Below, in pieces: positions 29,364 to 38,841 of a stretch of DNA of 64,000 bases. Made by a program: the position numbers and the translations under genes. The notes beneath the pieces are model-generated. The model was not told the DNA's origin. It ran no database searches and saw only the letters and a program-made list of their open reading frames with translations. This stretch comes from an uncultured Candidatus Rokubacteria bacterium (GTDB lineage: Bacteria > Methylomirabilota > Methylomirabilia > Rokubacteriales > DASRDR01): contig CAVPSB010000013.1 in the NCBI GenBank assembly GCA_963708025.1, positions 224,001-288,000 of the forward strand, in the 5' to 3' direction. The first letter of the stretch is position 1, and each line of letters starts with the position of its first letter.

Positions 29364-31760
29364 ATGGGACCCGTGGCCGCGGGCGCCGGGGTCTTCGCGG
29401 TGTCGGCGGCCACGTTGATGTACGAGATCCTCTTGACGCGGATCTTCAGCGTCACGATGTGGTACCACTTCGCCTTTCTCGCCGTCGCCGCCGCGCTCCT
29501 CGGCATGACGGCCGGCGCTCTCCTGGTCCAGTCACGACCCGCAACCTTTCACCCCGCCGCGACCGCCGGCTGGCTCGCGGTCAGCGCGCTCGCGTTCGCC
29601 ATCGGGATCCCGATCACCTTTCTCCTGCATCTGGCCATCCCGTTCGCGCCGACCCTCACCTTCCCCGGCATCGCCTCGGTCCTCGTCACGTTCGGCCTCG
29701 TCTCCATCCCGTTCCTGTTCGGCGGCGTCACCATCTGCCTGGCCCTCACCCGGCTCGACGCCCCGGTCGGCACGATCTACGCCGCCGACCTCGCCGGCGC
29801 CGCCGCCGGCTGCCTGCTGACGGTGGTCGTGCTGCGGGTCGCGGACGCGCCGGCCGCCGTGTTCGCGGTGGCCGCGGTGGCCGCGCTGGGGGCGGCGATC
29901 TTCGCCGCCGCCGCCCGGCGCCGGCGCCTGGCCGTCGCCGCCGCGCTGGTGGTGGCCCTGGCCCTGCTGGTCGTCGGCGCCCGGCCCGGCTGGCTGCACA
30001 TCACCTGGGTCAAGGGCGGGATCGAGGCCGGGCCGACGCTCCACGAGCGCTGGAACAGCTACTCCCGCATCCGGATCAGCGGAGACCCTACGGTCGCCTC
30101 CCCGCCGTTCGGCTGGGGTCTGAGCCTGCGATACCCCGCGGGCCATCGGGTCCCCCAGCTCCTCCTGTCGATCGACGCCGTCGCCGACACCGTGCTCACG
30201 GGCTTCGACGGCAACCTCGAGCAGATCGAGCACCTCCGCTGGGACGTCACCAACTTCGCCCACGAGCTGCGGCGCGACGCCCGGGTGCTGGTCGTCGGCG
30301 CCGGCGGCGGACGCGATGTGCTCTCCGCGCTCGCCTTCGGCCAGCGCCAGGTGCTGGCGGTAGAGGTGAACGAGGCGATCCTGGAGGCGGTCAACCGGCG
30401 CTTCGGCGACTATACCGGCCACCTGGACCGGCATCCCGCCGTCCGGTTCGTGAACGACGAGGCGCGCAGCCACGTGGCGCGGCTCGACGAGCGCTTCGAG
30501 GTGATCCAGCTCTCGTTCATCGACACCTTTGCGGCGAGCGCGGCCGGCGCCTACGTGCTCACCGAGCACGCGCTCTACACGGTGGAGGCCTGGCGGGTCT
30601 TCCTGGACCGCCTGGCGCCGGCCGGCATCCTGACCCACTCCCGCTGGTACTTCCACCGGGCGCCCGCCGAGATCCACCGGCTCGTCGCGCTCGCCACCGC
30701 GTCCCTGCTCGACTCGGGCGTCGCCCGCCCGCGCGAGCACCTCATCCTCGTGCGGGCGCCCGTCGGCGCCGACCCGCGGTACCGCGAGGCCATCGGGGTC
30801 GGCACGCTCCTGGTCGGCCAGCGCCCTTTCCTCGCCGACGACGTGGCCCTCGCCCGCGCCGCCGCCGCCCGGCTGGGGTTCGAGCTGGTGCTCGATCCCG
30901 CCGGCTCGACCGATCCCGTCCTGCAGGCCCTCACCGACCCCGAGAGCTTCGCCGCCGCGGTGGCGGCGTCTCCGCTCGACATCGCCGCGCCCACGGACGA
31001 CCGGCCGTTCTTCTTCCACATGGTGCCGCTAGGCCGCGCCCTCCGGCTGGCCCCGGTCGATCAGGGGAACGTCTCGTTCAACGCGGCGGCGGTGATCGTC
31101 CTGGTCGGCGCCCTCGGCGTGGTCGCTCTGGTGACCGGCGCCTGCTTCGCGCTTCCCCTCCTGCGCGGGCGGGCGGCCCCGGGCGAGGTCGCCGCGCGGG
31201 CGTGGCCCGGCGTCTTCTTCGCGGCCATCGGCCTCGGCTACATCCTGGTCGAGATCTCCCAGCTCCAGCGCTTGTCCGTCTTCCTCGGCCACCCGACGCA
31301 CGGGCTGGTGGTCGTGCTCTTCGCGCTCCTCCTCTCGAGCGGAGCCGGGAGCTTCGCGGTCCGGCGCCCGCCCGGCGCCCCCGGCTTGCTGGCCGGCGCG
31401 CGGCCGCTCGTCGCGCTGCCGGCCGTCCTCGCCCTCTTCGGCGCGGTGACGCCGGCCCTCGTCGCCCACGGGCGGGGGCTGCCGACGCCTTTCCGGATCC
31501 TGCTCGCGCTCGCCATCCTCACGCCCATCGGGTTCGCCATGGGGACCGCTTTCCCGCGGGGGCTCCAGCTCGCCACCCGTCGGACCAGCGTCGGGGCGCC
31601 GTGGCTCTGGGCGGTGAACGGCGCCGCCTCGGTGCTCGGCTCGCTGCTGGCGGTCGTGGTGTCCATCTCGGTCGGCGTGTCCGTGACGCTCTGGCTCGGG
31701 GTGGCCATGTACGTGGGGGCGGCGGCGCTCGGCCTCCGGATGGCGCGCGAGGGTCCGTGA
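29364..31760 (+). CDS. Membrane-fused spermidine synthase-like / class I SAM-binding protein
   Basis: N- and C-terminal TM bundles; VLVVGAGGGRD, VEVN, DEAR, PTDDRPFF. Confidence 0.8.
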   Translation: MGPVAAGAGVFAVSAATLMYEILLTRIFSVTMWYHFAFLAVAAALLGMTAGALLVQSRPATFHPAATAGWLAVSALAFAIGIPITFLLHLAIPFAPTLTFPGIASVLVTFGLVSIPFLFGGVTICLALTRLDAPVGTIYAADLAGAAAGCLLTVVVLRVADAPAAVFAVAAVAALGAAIFAAAARRRRLAVAAALVVALALLVVGARPGWLHITWVKGGIEAGPTLHERWNSYSRIRISGDPTVASPPFGWGLSLRYPAGHRVPQLLLSIDAVADTVLTGFDGNLEQIEHLRWDVTNFAHELRRDARVLVVGAGGGRDVLSALAFGQRQVLAVEVNEAILEAVNRRFGDYTGHLDRHPAVRFVNDEARSHVARLDERFEVIQLSFIDTFAASAAGAYVLTEHALYTVEAWRVFLDRLAPAGILTHSRWYFHRAPAEIHRLVALATASLLDSGVARPREHLILVRAPVGADPRYREAIGVGTLLVGQRPFLADDVALARAAAARLGFELVLDPAGSTDPVLQALTDPESFAAAVAASPLDIAAPTDDRPFFFHMVPLGRALRLAPVDQGNVSFNAAAVIVLVGALGVVALVTGACFALPLLRGRAAPGEVAARAWPGVFFAAIGLGYILVEISQLQRLSVFLGHPTHGLVVVLFALLLSSGAGSFAVRRPPGAPGLLAGARPLVALPAVLALFGAVTPALVAHGRGLPTPFRILLALAILTPIGFAMGTAFPRGLQLATRRTSVGAPWLWAVNGAASVLGSLLAVVVSISVGVSVTLWLGVAMYVGAAALGLRMAREGP

Positions 31761-33551
31761 CCCGGCGGGCGGCCGTCCGGGGAGTCTTGGCCCTGCTGCT
31801 GACCGTCGCGCGCACGGCGGCGGGCGCCACCCCGTGCGACCCGGGCGGCCCGGCCATCGACGTCCCGACGTTCCACGGCGACGCGCGCCGGCTCGGGTGG
31901 AACGCGGAGGAGCGGCATCTCGGCCCCGCCCGCGTCGGCGGCCCGGACTTCGGACCGCTCTGGTCCACGCCGCCGCTCGACGCCGTGACGCTCGACGGCC
32001 GGCACCACCCGCCCCATCTCTACGCCACGCCGCTCTACCTCGAGGACGTCCGGCTCACCGCCGGGCGTCATGCGGGCCGGCGGACCGCGCTCGTGTTCGC
32101 CGCCACCAGCAGCGGCTGGGTCCACGCCGTCGCGGCGGGGTGCGGCGAGCCCGCGCTCCCGCCTGGTACCATCGTCTGGACGACGCGGCTCGGGAGCCCG
32201 GTGGTGGTGCCGGCGCTGGACGGCGGCGTCCCCCTCGGGGTCCTGAGCACGCCGACGATCGATCGCGCCGCCATCCCGCCCCGCCTGTACGTGACCGCCC
32301 TCGACGCGACCCACGGCTGGCGCGTCTTCGCCCTCGACCTCGGCGATGGCGGGGTGCTGGCCGGCTGGCCGCTCACGCTCGACCCGGCGACGCTCGGCCG
32401 CGTCAACGGAAACGGCCCCGCGCCCTTCGGCCCGGCCGCCGAGATGTCCCAGCGCGCCGCGCTCGCGCTCGCCCCGGGCGGCGGTCGGCTCTACGTGGCA
32501 TTCGGCACCTTCCGCGGGACCGGACCGGGATGGATGGTTGCCGTTCAACACGCGACGGCCAGCCGTGGCCGGCGCGTTCGCCGGCGCGCGGGGCCCCGGG
32601 GGGATGTCCAGCGCCGGGATGTGGGGCTCAGGAGGCCCGGCGCTCGACGCCGACGGCCGCGTCTACATGACGACGGGGAACAGCCCCGGCGACTCGGGGC
32701 CGGCCGCCGGCCTCTGGGGCAACTCGCTCCTGGCCTGGACCCCGCCCCTCGCGCTGGCCGGCGCCTACACGCCGTTCAACTACTGCGGGCTCGACCGCGG
32801 CGACATGGACCTGGGTGGCAGCACGCCGCTCGTCCTGCCCGACCTCGACTCCGCGACGACCGCGACGCCCCGTCTGGTCGCCTTCGGCGGCAAGCAGGGC
32901 ACGGTCTACCTTCTGGACCGCGACCGGCTGCCCGGTCGCCTGGATCGCCGGCCGCCGTGCGGGACCGACGCCGCCGCCGATCGCTCGCTCCTCCCGCCGG
33001 GGCCGCAGCCGCAGTTCGGCCGGCGCGGCCCGCTCTCCGTCTTCGGGCCGTACACGGAGACCCACGCCCGGCTCGACCACGCCCGCATGCGGAGCACCCC
33101 CGCCTACTTCCGGGATGCGACCGGCGCCCACTATCTCTTCGTGACCGGGGCCGCGAAGGCCGCGCCGGCGAGCCCGGCGCCGGTGCCGCCCGGGCTCGCG
33201 CGGCTGCGCGTGGTCACCGCTCCCGGCGCTCCGGCCTACCTCGCGGTGGACGCCGTGGAGGGTCGGACGACCCTCTGGAACCCCGGGTCGCCGGTGGTCA
33301 CCAGCGCGGGGCCGCACGACGCGGTGGTGTGGGTGCTCGACTCGAACCAGCCGCGGACGGCGGCGCTCGCCGGCCCCGGCGCCGCCCGGCCGGTCCTCTA
33401 CGCCTTCGACGCGGCGACGCTGAGGCTCCTCTGGCGAAGCGCGCCGGAGGCCCTCGATGTGGGCGGCAAGTACAGCGCCCCCACGGTCGCCCGCGGCCGC
33501 GTCTTCGTGGGGACGGACCGCATCCAGGCCTTCGGCCTCCGCCCCCGCTGA
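31757..33551 (+). CDS. Secreted PQQ-like beta-propeller protein, frameshift near 32545
   Basis: TFHGDARRLGWN, LYATPLY, GMWGSGGPA, YMTTGN, DMDLGGSTP, KYSAPTVARGRVFVGT. Confidence 0.7.
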
Positions 33552-33692
33552 TCGGTCCACGGTCTGCCCCGCAAGAACGCCGGGGTTCCATGCCCGCCTT
33601 CTTGACCGGCACCCCGCGGGCGACGCAGAATGACTCGAAGCCGGCGGCCTCCACGCCGGGCGCCGCCCGGAACCGAGCAGGAGGAGCACTGC

Positions 33693-34322
33693 ATGGGACC
33701 TTTTCGCGACATCGTGACCACGCTGGACGAGCTGCGAGCGCTCCTGGGCGAGCCGAGCGACGTGGCCCGGAAGAAGCAGGTGGACCGGCTCGACGAGCAC
33801 TGCCGCGCCTTCATCGCGCACTCGCCGTTCGTGCTGATCGGGACGGCCGACCCCGCCGGCCGCTGCGACGTGTCCCCGAAGGGCGACCCGGCCGGCTTCG
33901 TCCTCGTCCTCGACGACCACCATCTCGTCATTCCCGACCGGCCGGGCAACCGGCGGCTCGACGGCATGCGCAACATCCTCGCCAACCCGCAGGTGGGGCT
34001 CCTGTTCCTGGTGCCGGGGCGCGGCGAGACGCTCCGCGTGAACGGCCGCGCCGCGATCGTCCGCGACGCCGAGGTGCTCGCCCGGCTGGTGGTCGAGGGC
34101 AAGACGCCACGGCTGGCCATCGGGGTCGAGGTGGAGGAGGTCTTCCTGCACTGCGCCAAGGCCTTCAAGCGCTCGAGCCTGTGGCGCCCCGAGGCGTGGC
34201 CGGACATCACGTCGCTGGCCTCCGCCGCCTGCATGCTGCTGGCGCACGCCCAGCCCGACGGCATGACGCTCGAGCAGATGGAGCAGCGCCTGCGGCACTC
34301 CTACGACACCCAGCTCTACTGA
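33693..34322 (+). CDS. Pyridoxamine 5'-phosphate oxidase-like FMN-binding protein
   Basis: CDVSPKGD, PDRPGNRR, ETLRVNG, HCAKAFKRS. Confidence 0.9.
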   Translation: MGPFRDIVTTLDELRALLGEPSDVARKKQVDRLDEHCRAFIAHSPFVLIGTADPAGRCDVSPKGDPAGFVLVLDDHHLVIPDRPGNRRLDGMRNILANPQVGLLFLVPGRGETLRVNGRAAIVRDAEVLARLVVEGKTPRLAIGVEVEEVFLHCAKAFKRSSLWRPEAWPDITSLASAACMLLAHAQPDGMTLEQMEQRLRHSYDTQLY

Positions 34323-35435
34323 GGCCGAGCCTCGAGCGCCCGACCGGGGCTCGGGGGCTGCGGTACTCGAAGGGGACGTCGGCGCCGGCTTCCGCGGCCT
34401 CCGCGCGGGCGGCCTCGACCAGGCCGTGGTCGGGCGAGAGGGAGCAGGCGGGATCGGTCGCCGCGGCGGCGCCGGTCAGGTGATAGGCCTGGCAACGGCA
34501 GCCGCCGAAGTCGAGGGTCCGCCGGTCGCAGCTCCGGCACGGCTCGGACATCCAAGCCTCGCCGCGATAGGCGTTGAAGCCGGCGGAGTGGTGCCAGATG
34601 TCGGCCAGGCTCCGCTCCTTCACGTTCTCGAACGCGAGCCCGGGCAGCGTGTGGGCCAGGTGGCACGGGAGCGCCAGCCCGTCCGGGCTCAGGATGATGA
34701 AGCGCCGCCCCCACCCGTCCATGCACGCCTTCGGGAACTCCGTGTAGTAGTCCGGGAAGACGAAGAGAACTTCCATCTTGCCCCGCAGGCGATCGCGGGC
34801 GGCGCGGGCGAGGGCCCGGGCGCCGTCGAGCTGGGCGCGGGTGGGCAGGAGCGCCCGGCGGTTCAGGAGCGCCCAGCCGAGGTACTGGGTGTTGGCCAGC
34901 TCCAGCCGGTCGGCCGCGAGCGACTCGGCGAGCGCGATCACGTCGGCCACGTGGTCCGAGGTTCTCGCGGTGGAGCACGGTGTTCAGCGTGAGCGGCATC
35001 CCGAGGTCCTTCACCCACCGGGCGACCTCGAGCTTCCGGTCGAAGGAGCGGAGGCCGGCGATCCGGTCGGAGCCGGCGGCGGTCACGTCCTGGATCGAGA
35101 CCTGGACGTTGTCGAGCCCCAGCCCGCGCAGGCGGGCGAGCCGCTCCCGGGTCAGCGGGATGCCGCTGGTGATGAGGTTCGTGTAGAGGTCGAGGGCCCG
35201 GGCCCGCTCGACGAGAGCGCTCGAGGTCGTCGCGGACCAGGGGCTCGCCGCCGGTCAGGTTGAGCTGGACCACGCCCAGCCCCTCGGCCTCGTCGAGGAC
35301 CCGGAGCCACGTCGCCGTGTCCAGCTCGTCGCCGTGGCGGGCGTAGTCGAGCGGGTTGGAGCAGTACACGCACCGGAGCGGGCACCGGTAGGTCAGCTCG
35401 GCCACCAGCGTGTACGGCCGGTACTCGTCGGTCAT
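34207..35435 (-). CDS. pqqE: PQQ biosynthesis radical SAM protein PqqE (frameshifts near 35215 and 34955; 3' end uncertain)
   Basis: [41 protein letters not shown]...GGCRCQAY...DPAC. Confidence 0.95.
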
Positions 35436-35723
35436 GCGTCGCCTGCCGCGTCCAGGACCACGCCGCGGTCGGTCATGGTCTTCAGGAAGTCCGTCACCTG
35501 GCGCTCGACCTCCTGGCGGGGCTGACGTCACGTACTTCTCGACGAGCCGGTCGACGATCGCCTCCACCGTGTGCTCCCCGGTGCAGAGCTGGAGGACGTC
35601 GGCCGCCGTCTGGTTCAGGAGGAGCCCCCGCTCGGGATAGAGGAGCATGAACCGCTCGCTCTTCCGATCGTACCGCAGGCGGGCCTTGCCGGCGAGCCGG
35701 GGCCGCGGCTCGCGGGCGGTCAT
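35432..35723 (-). CDS. pqqD: PqqD peptide chaperone (frameshift near 35520)
   Basis: [23 protein letters not shown]; lies between pqqC and pqqE. Confidence 0.9.
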
Positions 35724-36478
35724 GGAGACGCGGGAGCGGCCGCGCCGCCGGCCGGCGGCGGCCCCCAGCCGGGCTCGACGTAGGCCAGGTACAGGGAGTC
35801 GAGGAGGTGCCAGAGGATCTCGGTCTTGCGGATCAGCGCCGCCACGCATCGAGCCTGGAGCTCGTAGGTCGGCGCGTGGCGGAAGACGAAGTCGATGGCC
35901 TCCTCGGAATCCCGCCGGGCCCGCGGCACCCGGGAGCGGAAGTAGGCGAGCATCTCCGGGCTGACCCAGGGGTAGTGCCGCTCCCAGGCGGCGATGCGCC
36001 GGGACATGAGGTCGGGGGCGAAGAACTCGGTCAATGAGGAGGCGACCGCCTCCACCAGGCTCCGCTCGCGGACGAGCTGGACGTAGCCGTCGCACGCGAA
36101 GCGGACCCCCGGCAGCACCGAGCGGCAGCTCGCCACCTCCTCAACGTCGAGGCCGACGCCCTCGGCCAGCCGCAGCCAGAGCGCCAGCCCGCCCTCGCCC
36201 TCGCGCTCGCCGTCGTGGTCCTGGACCCGGCGGATCCACATCCGGCGGAACGCGGGGTCCTCCGACTTCGACAGGATGATGGCGTCCTTGATCGGCACCC
36301 GGGTCTGGTAGTAGTAGCGGTTCAGCACCCACTGCTGGAGCTGGAGCCGGGTGAGCTTCCCGTCGTGCATCATGACGTGATAGCGGTGATGGTCGTGGTA
36401 GCGGGCGGCGCCCTCCCGCCGCAGCCACTCCACGAGCTCCTCGCGCGAGAGCGCCGGCCGCTCGGCGGAGCCGGTCAC
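35720..36478 (-). CDS. pqqC: Pyrroloquinoline-quinone synthase PqqC
   Basis: [32 protein letters not shown]. Confidence 0.95.
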   Translation of the reverse strand: MTGSAERPALSREELVEWLRREGAARYHDHHRYHVMMHDGKLTRLQLQQWVLNRYYYQTRVPIKDAIILSKSEDPAFRRMWIRRVQDHDGEREGEGGLALWLRLAEGVGLDVEEVASCRSVLPGVRFACDGYVQLVRERSLVEAVASSLTEFFAPDLMSRRIAAWERHYPWVSPEMLAYFRSRVPRARRDSEEAIDFVFRHAPTYELQARCVAALIRKTEILWHLLDSLYLAYVEPGWGPPPAGGAAAPASP

Positions 36479-37395
36479 AGCGTCACCTCGAGCCCGTCGG
36501 CGGCGACCTCCCAGCCGGCGGCGACGACGGCGGCGCGCTCGGCGGAGTCCTCGCGCAGGACGGGGTTCGTGTTGTTCACGTGGATGAAGATCCGCCGGGG
36601 CGCCCCGAGCCCGGCCAGCGCCCCGAGGCTCCCGCCGGCGCCGCCGATCGGGAGGTGGGCCATCGCGGCCGCCGGCTTCGTCCCGAGCCCCTGCCCCGGC
36701 AGCTCCTCCTCCGACCAGAACGTCCCGTCGAAGAACACGCAGTCGGCGCCCTCCAGGGCGAGCCGGACCGCGCCCGACACCGCGCCGACGGCCGGGAGGT
36801 AGGCGAGGCAGCGGCCGGTCGTCGCCTCGCGGATCCGGAGGCCGACGTTGTCCTCGGGGTCCGGGGAGAGCGACGCCTCGAGGTGGATGGGCAGCTTGCC
36901 GGGCATCGCCACGGCCTCCACCGTGAGCCCGCTGGGCCGGCCGCCCGGGAGCGTCAGCTCCTCCTCGCGGCCGAGCTTGAGCGGCCGCCAGGTGACCTGG
37001 TCGGGGAACCGCTCGAGCGTCCGGTACAGCACGTTGCCGTCGGTGAATCCCCGCCGGACGCGCTCGGTCGCGTAGACGACCAGCGGGTGGGACTCGCGGA
37101 GCGATAGGAGTCCGAGGCAGTGATCGAGGTCGCCGTTGGTCAGGAGGATGCCGGCGATCGGCGAATGCCGCGGCCCGCGGGGATGGAGCGGCGGGAAGCT
37201 CTCGATCTGCTGGCGGATCTCCGGGGACGCGTTGAGGAGGAACCAGTGGTCGCCGTCGGCGCTCAGCGCGACCGACTCCTGGGTGCGGGGCACGGCGCGG
37301 AGCGCCCCGGTCCGGACCCCGCGGCAGTTGCCGCAGCCGCAGTTCCACTGCGGGAACCCCCCGCCGGCCGCCGAGCCCAGGACGCGGATGCGCAC
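36475..37395 (-). CDS. pqqB: PqqB
   Basis: VLGSAAGGGFPQWNCGCGNC, NASPEIR, DGTFW, IHVNNTNP. Confidence 0.95.
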   Translation of the reverse strand: MRIRVLGSAAGGGFPQWNCGCGNCRGVRTGALRAVPRTQESVALSADGDHWFLLNASPEIRQQIESFPPLHPRGPRHSPIAGILLTNGDLDHCLGLLSLRESHPLVVYATERVRRGFTDGNVLYRTLERFPDQVTWRPLKLGREEELTLPGGRPSGLTVEAVAMPGKLPIHLEASLSPDPEDNVGLRIREATTGRCLAYLPAVGAVSGAVRLALEGADCVFFDGTFWSEEELPGQGLGTKPAAAMAHLPIGGAGGSLGALAGLGAPRRIFIHVNNTNPVLREDSAERAAVVAAGWEVAADGLEVTL

Positions 37396-37552
37396 GGTCC
37401 GCTCCTCCCCATCGAAGAACGGCTCGCGACCCTCAGCGGGGCCCGTTGGCACGACGCGAGACAGCGTCGACTCGCGGCCGGATGGCAAGACCTACAGTGC
37501 GATGCGGTGAAACGCGACGCTGCTCGGATCTTAGAAGAGGTCCCGCCGGCCG

Positions 37553-38380
37553 TCAAGGGGCCGGACGCGGTGGCGGGCGATGCTCGATGCCGTAGCGGGC
37601 ATAGATGCGCTGCACGGTGCCGTCGGCCAGGAGCCGATCGAGGGCGGCGTCGATCGCCTCCCGGAGCGGCGGGTCGGACCGCCGCAGGCCGACCGCCAGG
37701 TCCCAGGCCAGCTCCGGCTCCGCGTCGTACGCGTGCACGAGCCGGACCGCGCGGTCGGGATGCGTCAGGTTGAAGTACCCGACGCTGGCCGGCGAGACCG
37801 CCGCGGCGTCCACCTCGCCCCGAGCCACCGCCTCCACCATCTCGTCCTCGAAGCCGAACGAAGCGACCTGGACCCCCCGTCGTCCGAGAATCATCGCGGC
37901 CAGCGAGCCGGACAGCACGGCCACCCGGCGGTGCCCGTCGAGATCGGTGAATCCCGCGATGCCGCCCGCCGGGGACCGGACGGCGAGCGCCACGCCGCTC
38001 CGCTGATACGGCTTCGAGAGCACGATGTTCCGCTCGGCCTGGGCCTCCGGAACCGCGATCGAGTCGAGGATGAGGTCGCAGTTGACGCTCCGGAACTGGA
38101 AGCCGCTCGTCACCCACTCGACCACCAGCCGGACGCCGAGCTGGGCGGCCAGCGCGGTCGCCAGCTCGATCTGGAACCCGGCCGGGTTGCCCTGCTTGCT
38201 CGAGAAAGGCAGGGCGTTGGCGTGGGCGCACAGGGACACGACCCCCCGCTGCCTGACCGCCTGGAGGGAGCGGGCCCCCGCCAGGGGCGCGATCGCCGAC
38301 ACGGCCAGCGCGACGAGCACCGCCAGGGCGCCGGCCGACCGTGATCTCGGCGCCCGTGACGAAGTGCCGGCGGCTCCCAT
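37553..38380 (-). CDS. XoxJ/MxaJ-like periplasmic substrate-binding-fold protein
   Basis: LCAHANALPFS, GFQIELA, NCDLIL, SKPYQRS; follows the dehydrogenase and cytochrome. Confidence 0.75.
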   Translation of the reverse strand: MGAAGTSSRAPRSRSAGALAVLVALAVSAIAPLAGARSLQAVRQRGVVSLCAHANALPFSSKQGNPAGFQIELATALAAQLGVRLVVEWVTSGFQFRSVNCDLILDSIAVPEAQAERNIVLSKPYQRSGVALAVRSPAGGIAGFTDLDGHRRVAVLSGSLAAMILGRRGVQVASFGFEDEMVEAVARGEVDAAAVSPASVGYFNLTHPDRAVRLVHAYDAEPELAWDLAVGLRRSDPPLREAIDAALDRLLADGTVQRIYARYGIEHRPPPRPAP

Positions 38381-38405
38381 TCCTCCCGCCCGACAGGCTC
38401 TCACT

Positions 38406-38765
38406 TCACTTGAGCGCGCGGATGTACGCCACGATGGCCCGGATCTGCTCCTCGTTGAAGACGCCGCCGAACGCGGGCATCTGCCCTTGCTTGCCGTTCT
38501 TGATCCGGTTGACGATGTACTGGTCGGGTTGCTCCAGCCCCGCCAGCTTCGGCCCCTTGCCGACGCTGCGGCCGCCGTCCTGATGGCACCAGCCGCAGAG
38601 CGTGGCAAAGAGCTTTTCGCCCTCTATCACGCCGGTGGCGGCCGGGCCCCCGCCCGGCGCCGCGGCGGTCGGTCCCTGGGCCGGCGCCGGCGCCGGCTCG
38701 AACAACCAGACGGCGGCGACCACACCGACCACCGCCGTCATGTACACGGCTCCGCGCCGCTCCAC
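38406..38765 (-). CDS. Monoheme cytochrome c (XoxG-like electron acceptor)
   Basis: CGWCH heme motif, GPKL, axial Met in GQMPAF. Confidence 0.9.
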   Translation of the reverse strand: MERRGAVYMTAVVGVVAAVWLFEPAPAPAQGPTAAAPGGGPAATGVIEGEKLFATLCGWCHQDGGRSVGKGPKLAGLEQPDQYIVNRIKNGKQGQMPAFGGVFNEEQIRAIVAYIRALK

Positions 38766-38841
38766 GATGCTTCTCTCCGGCTCCTCCGATGGACGGGGCG
38801 GGGGCCGGAGCCCCCGCCCGCCTCACCTCTCCCGATCGGCG

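Noticed and set aside
29459-34483. 1674-aa plus-strand ORF and many other long Arg/Pro/Gly-rich ORFs in the track
   Set aside because: Shadow frames of high-GC genes; only the segment 31757-32545 belongs to a real gene
34207-35723. pqqD/pqqE as pseudogenes or programmed frameshifts
   Set aside because: Motifs are intact, no slippery sites are evident, and similar indels occur throughout the window; sequencing error is more likely
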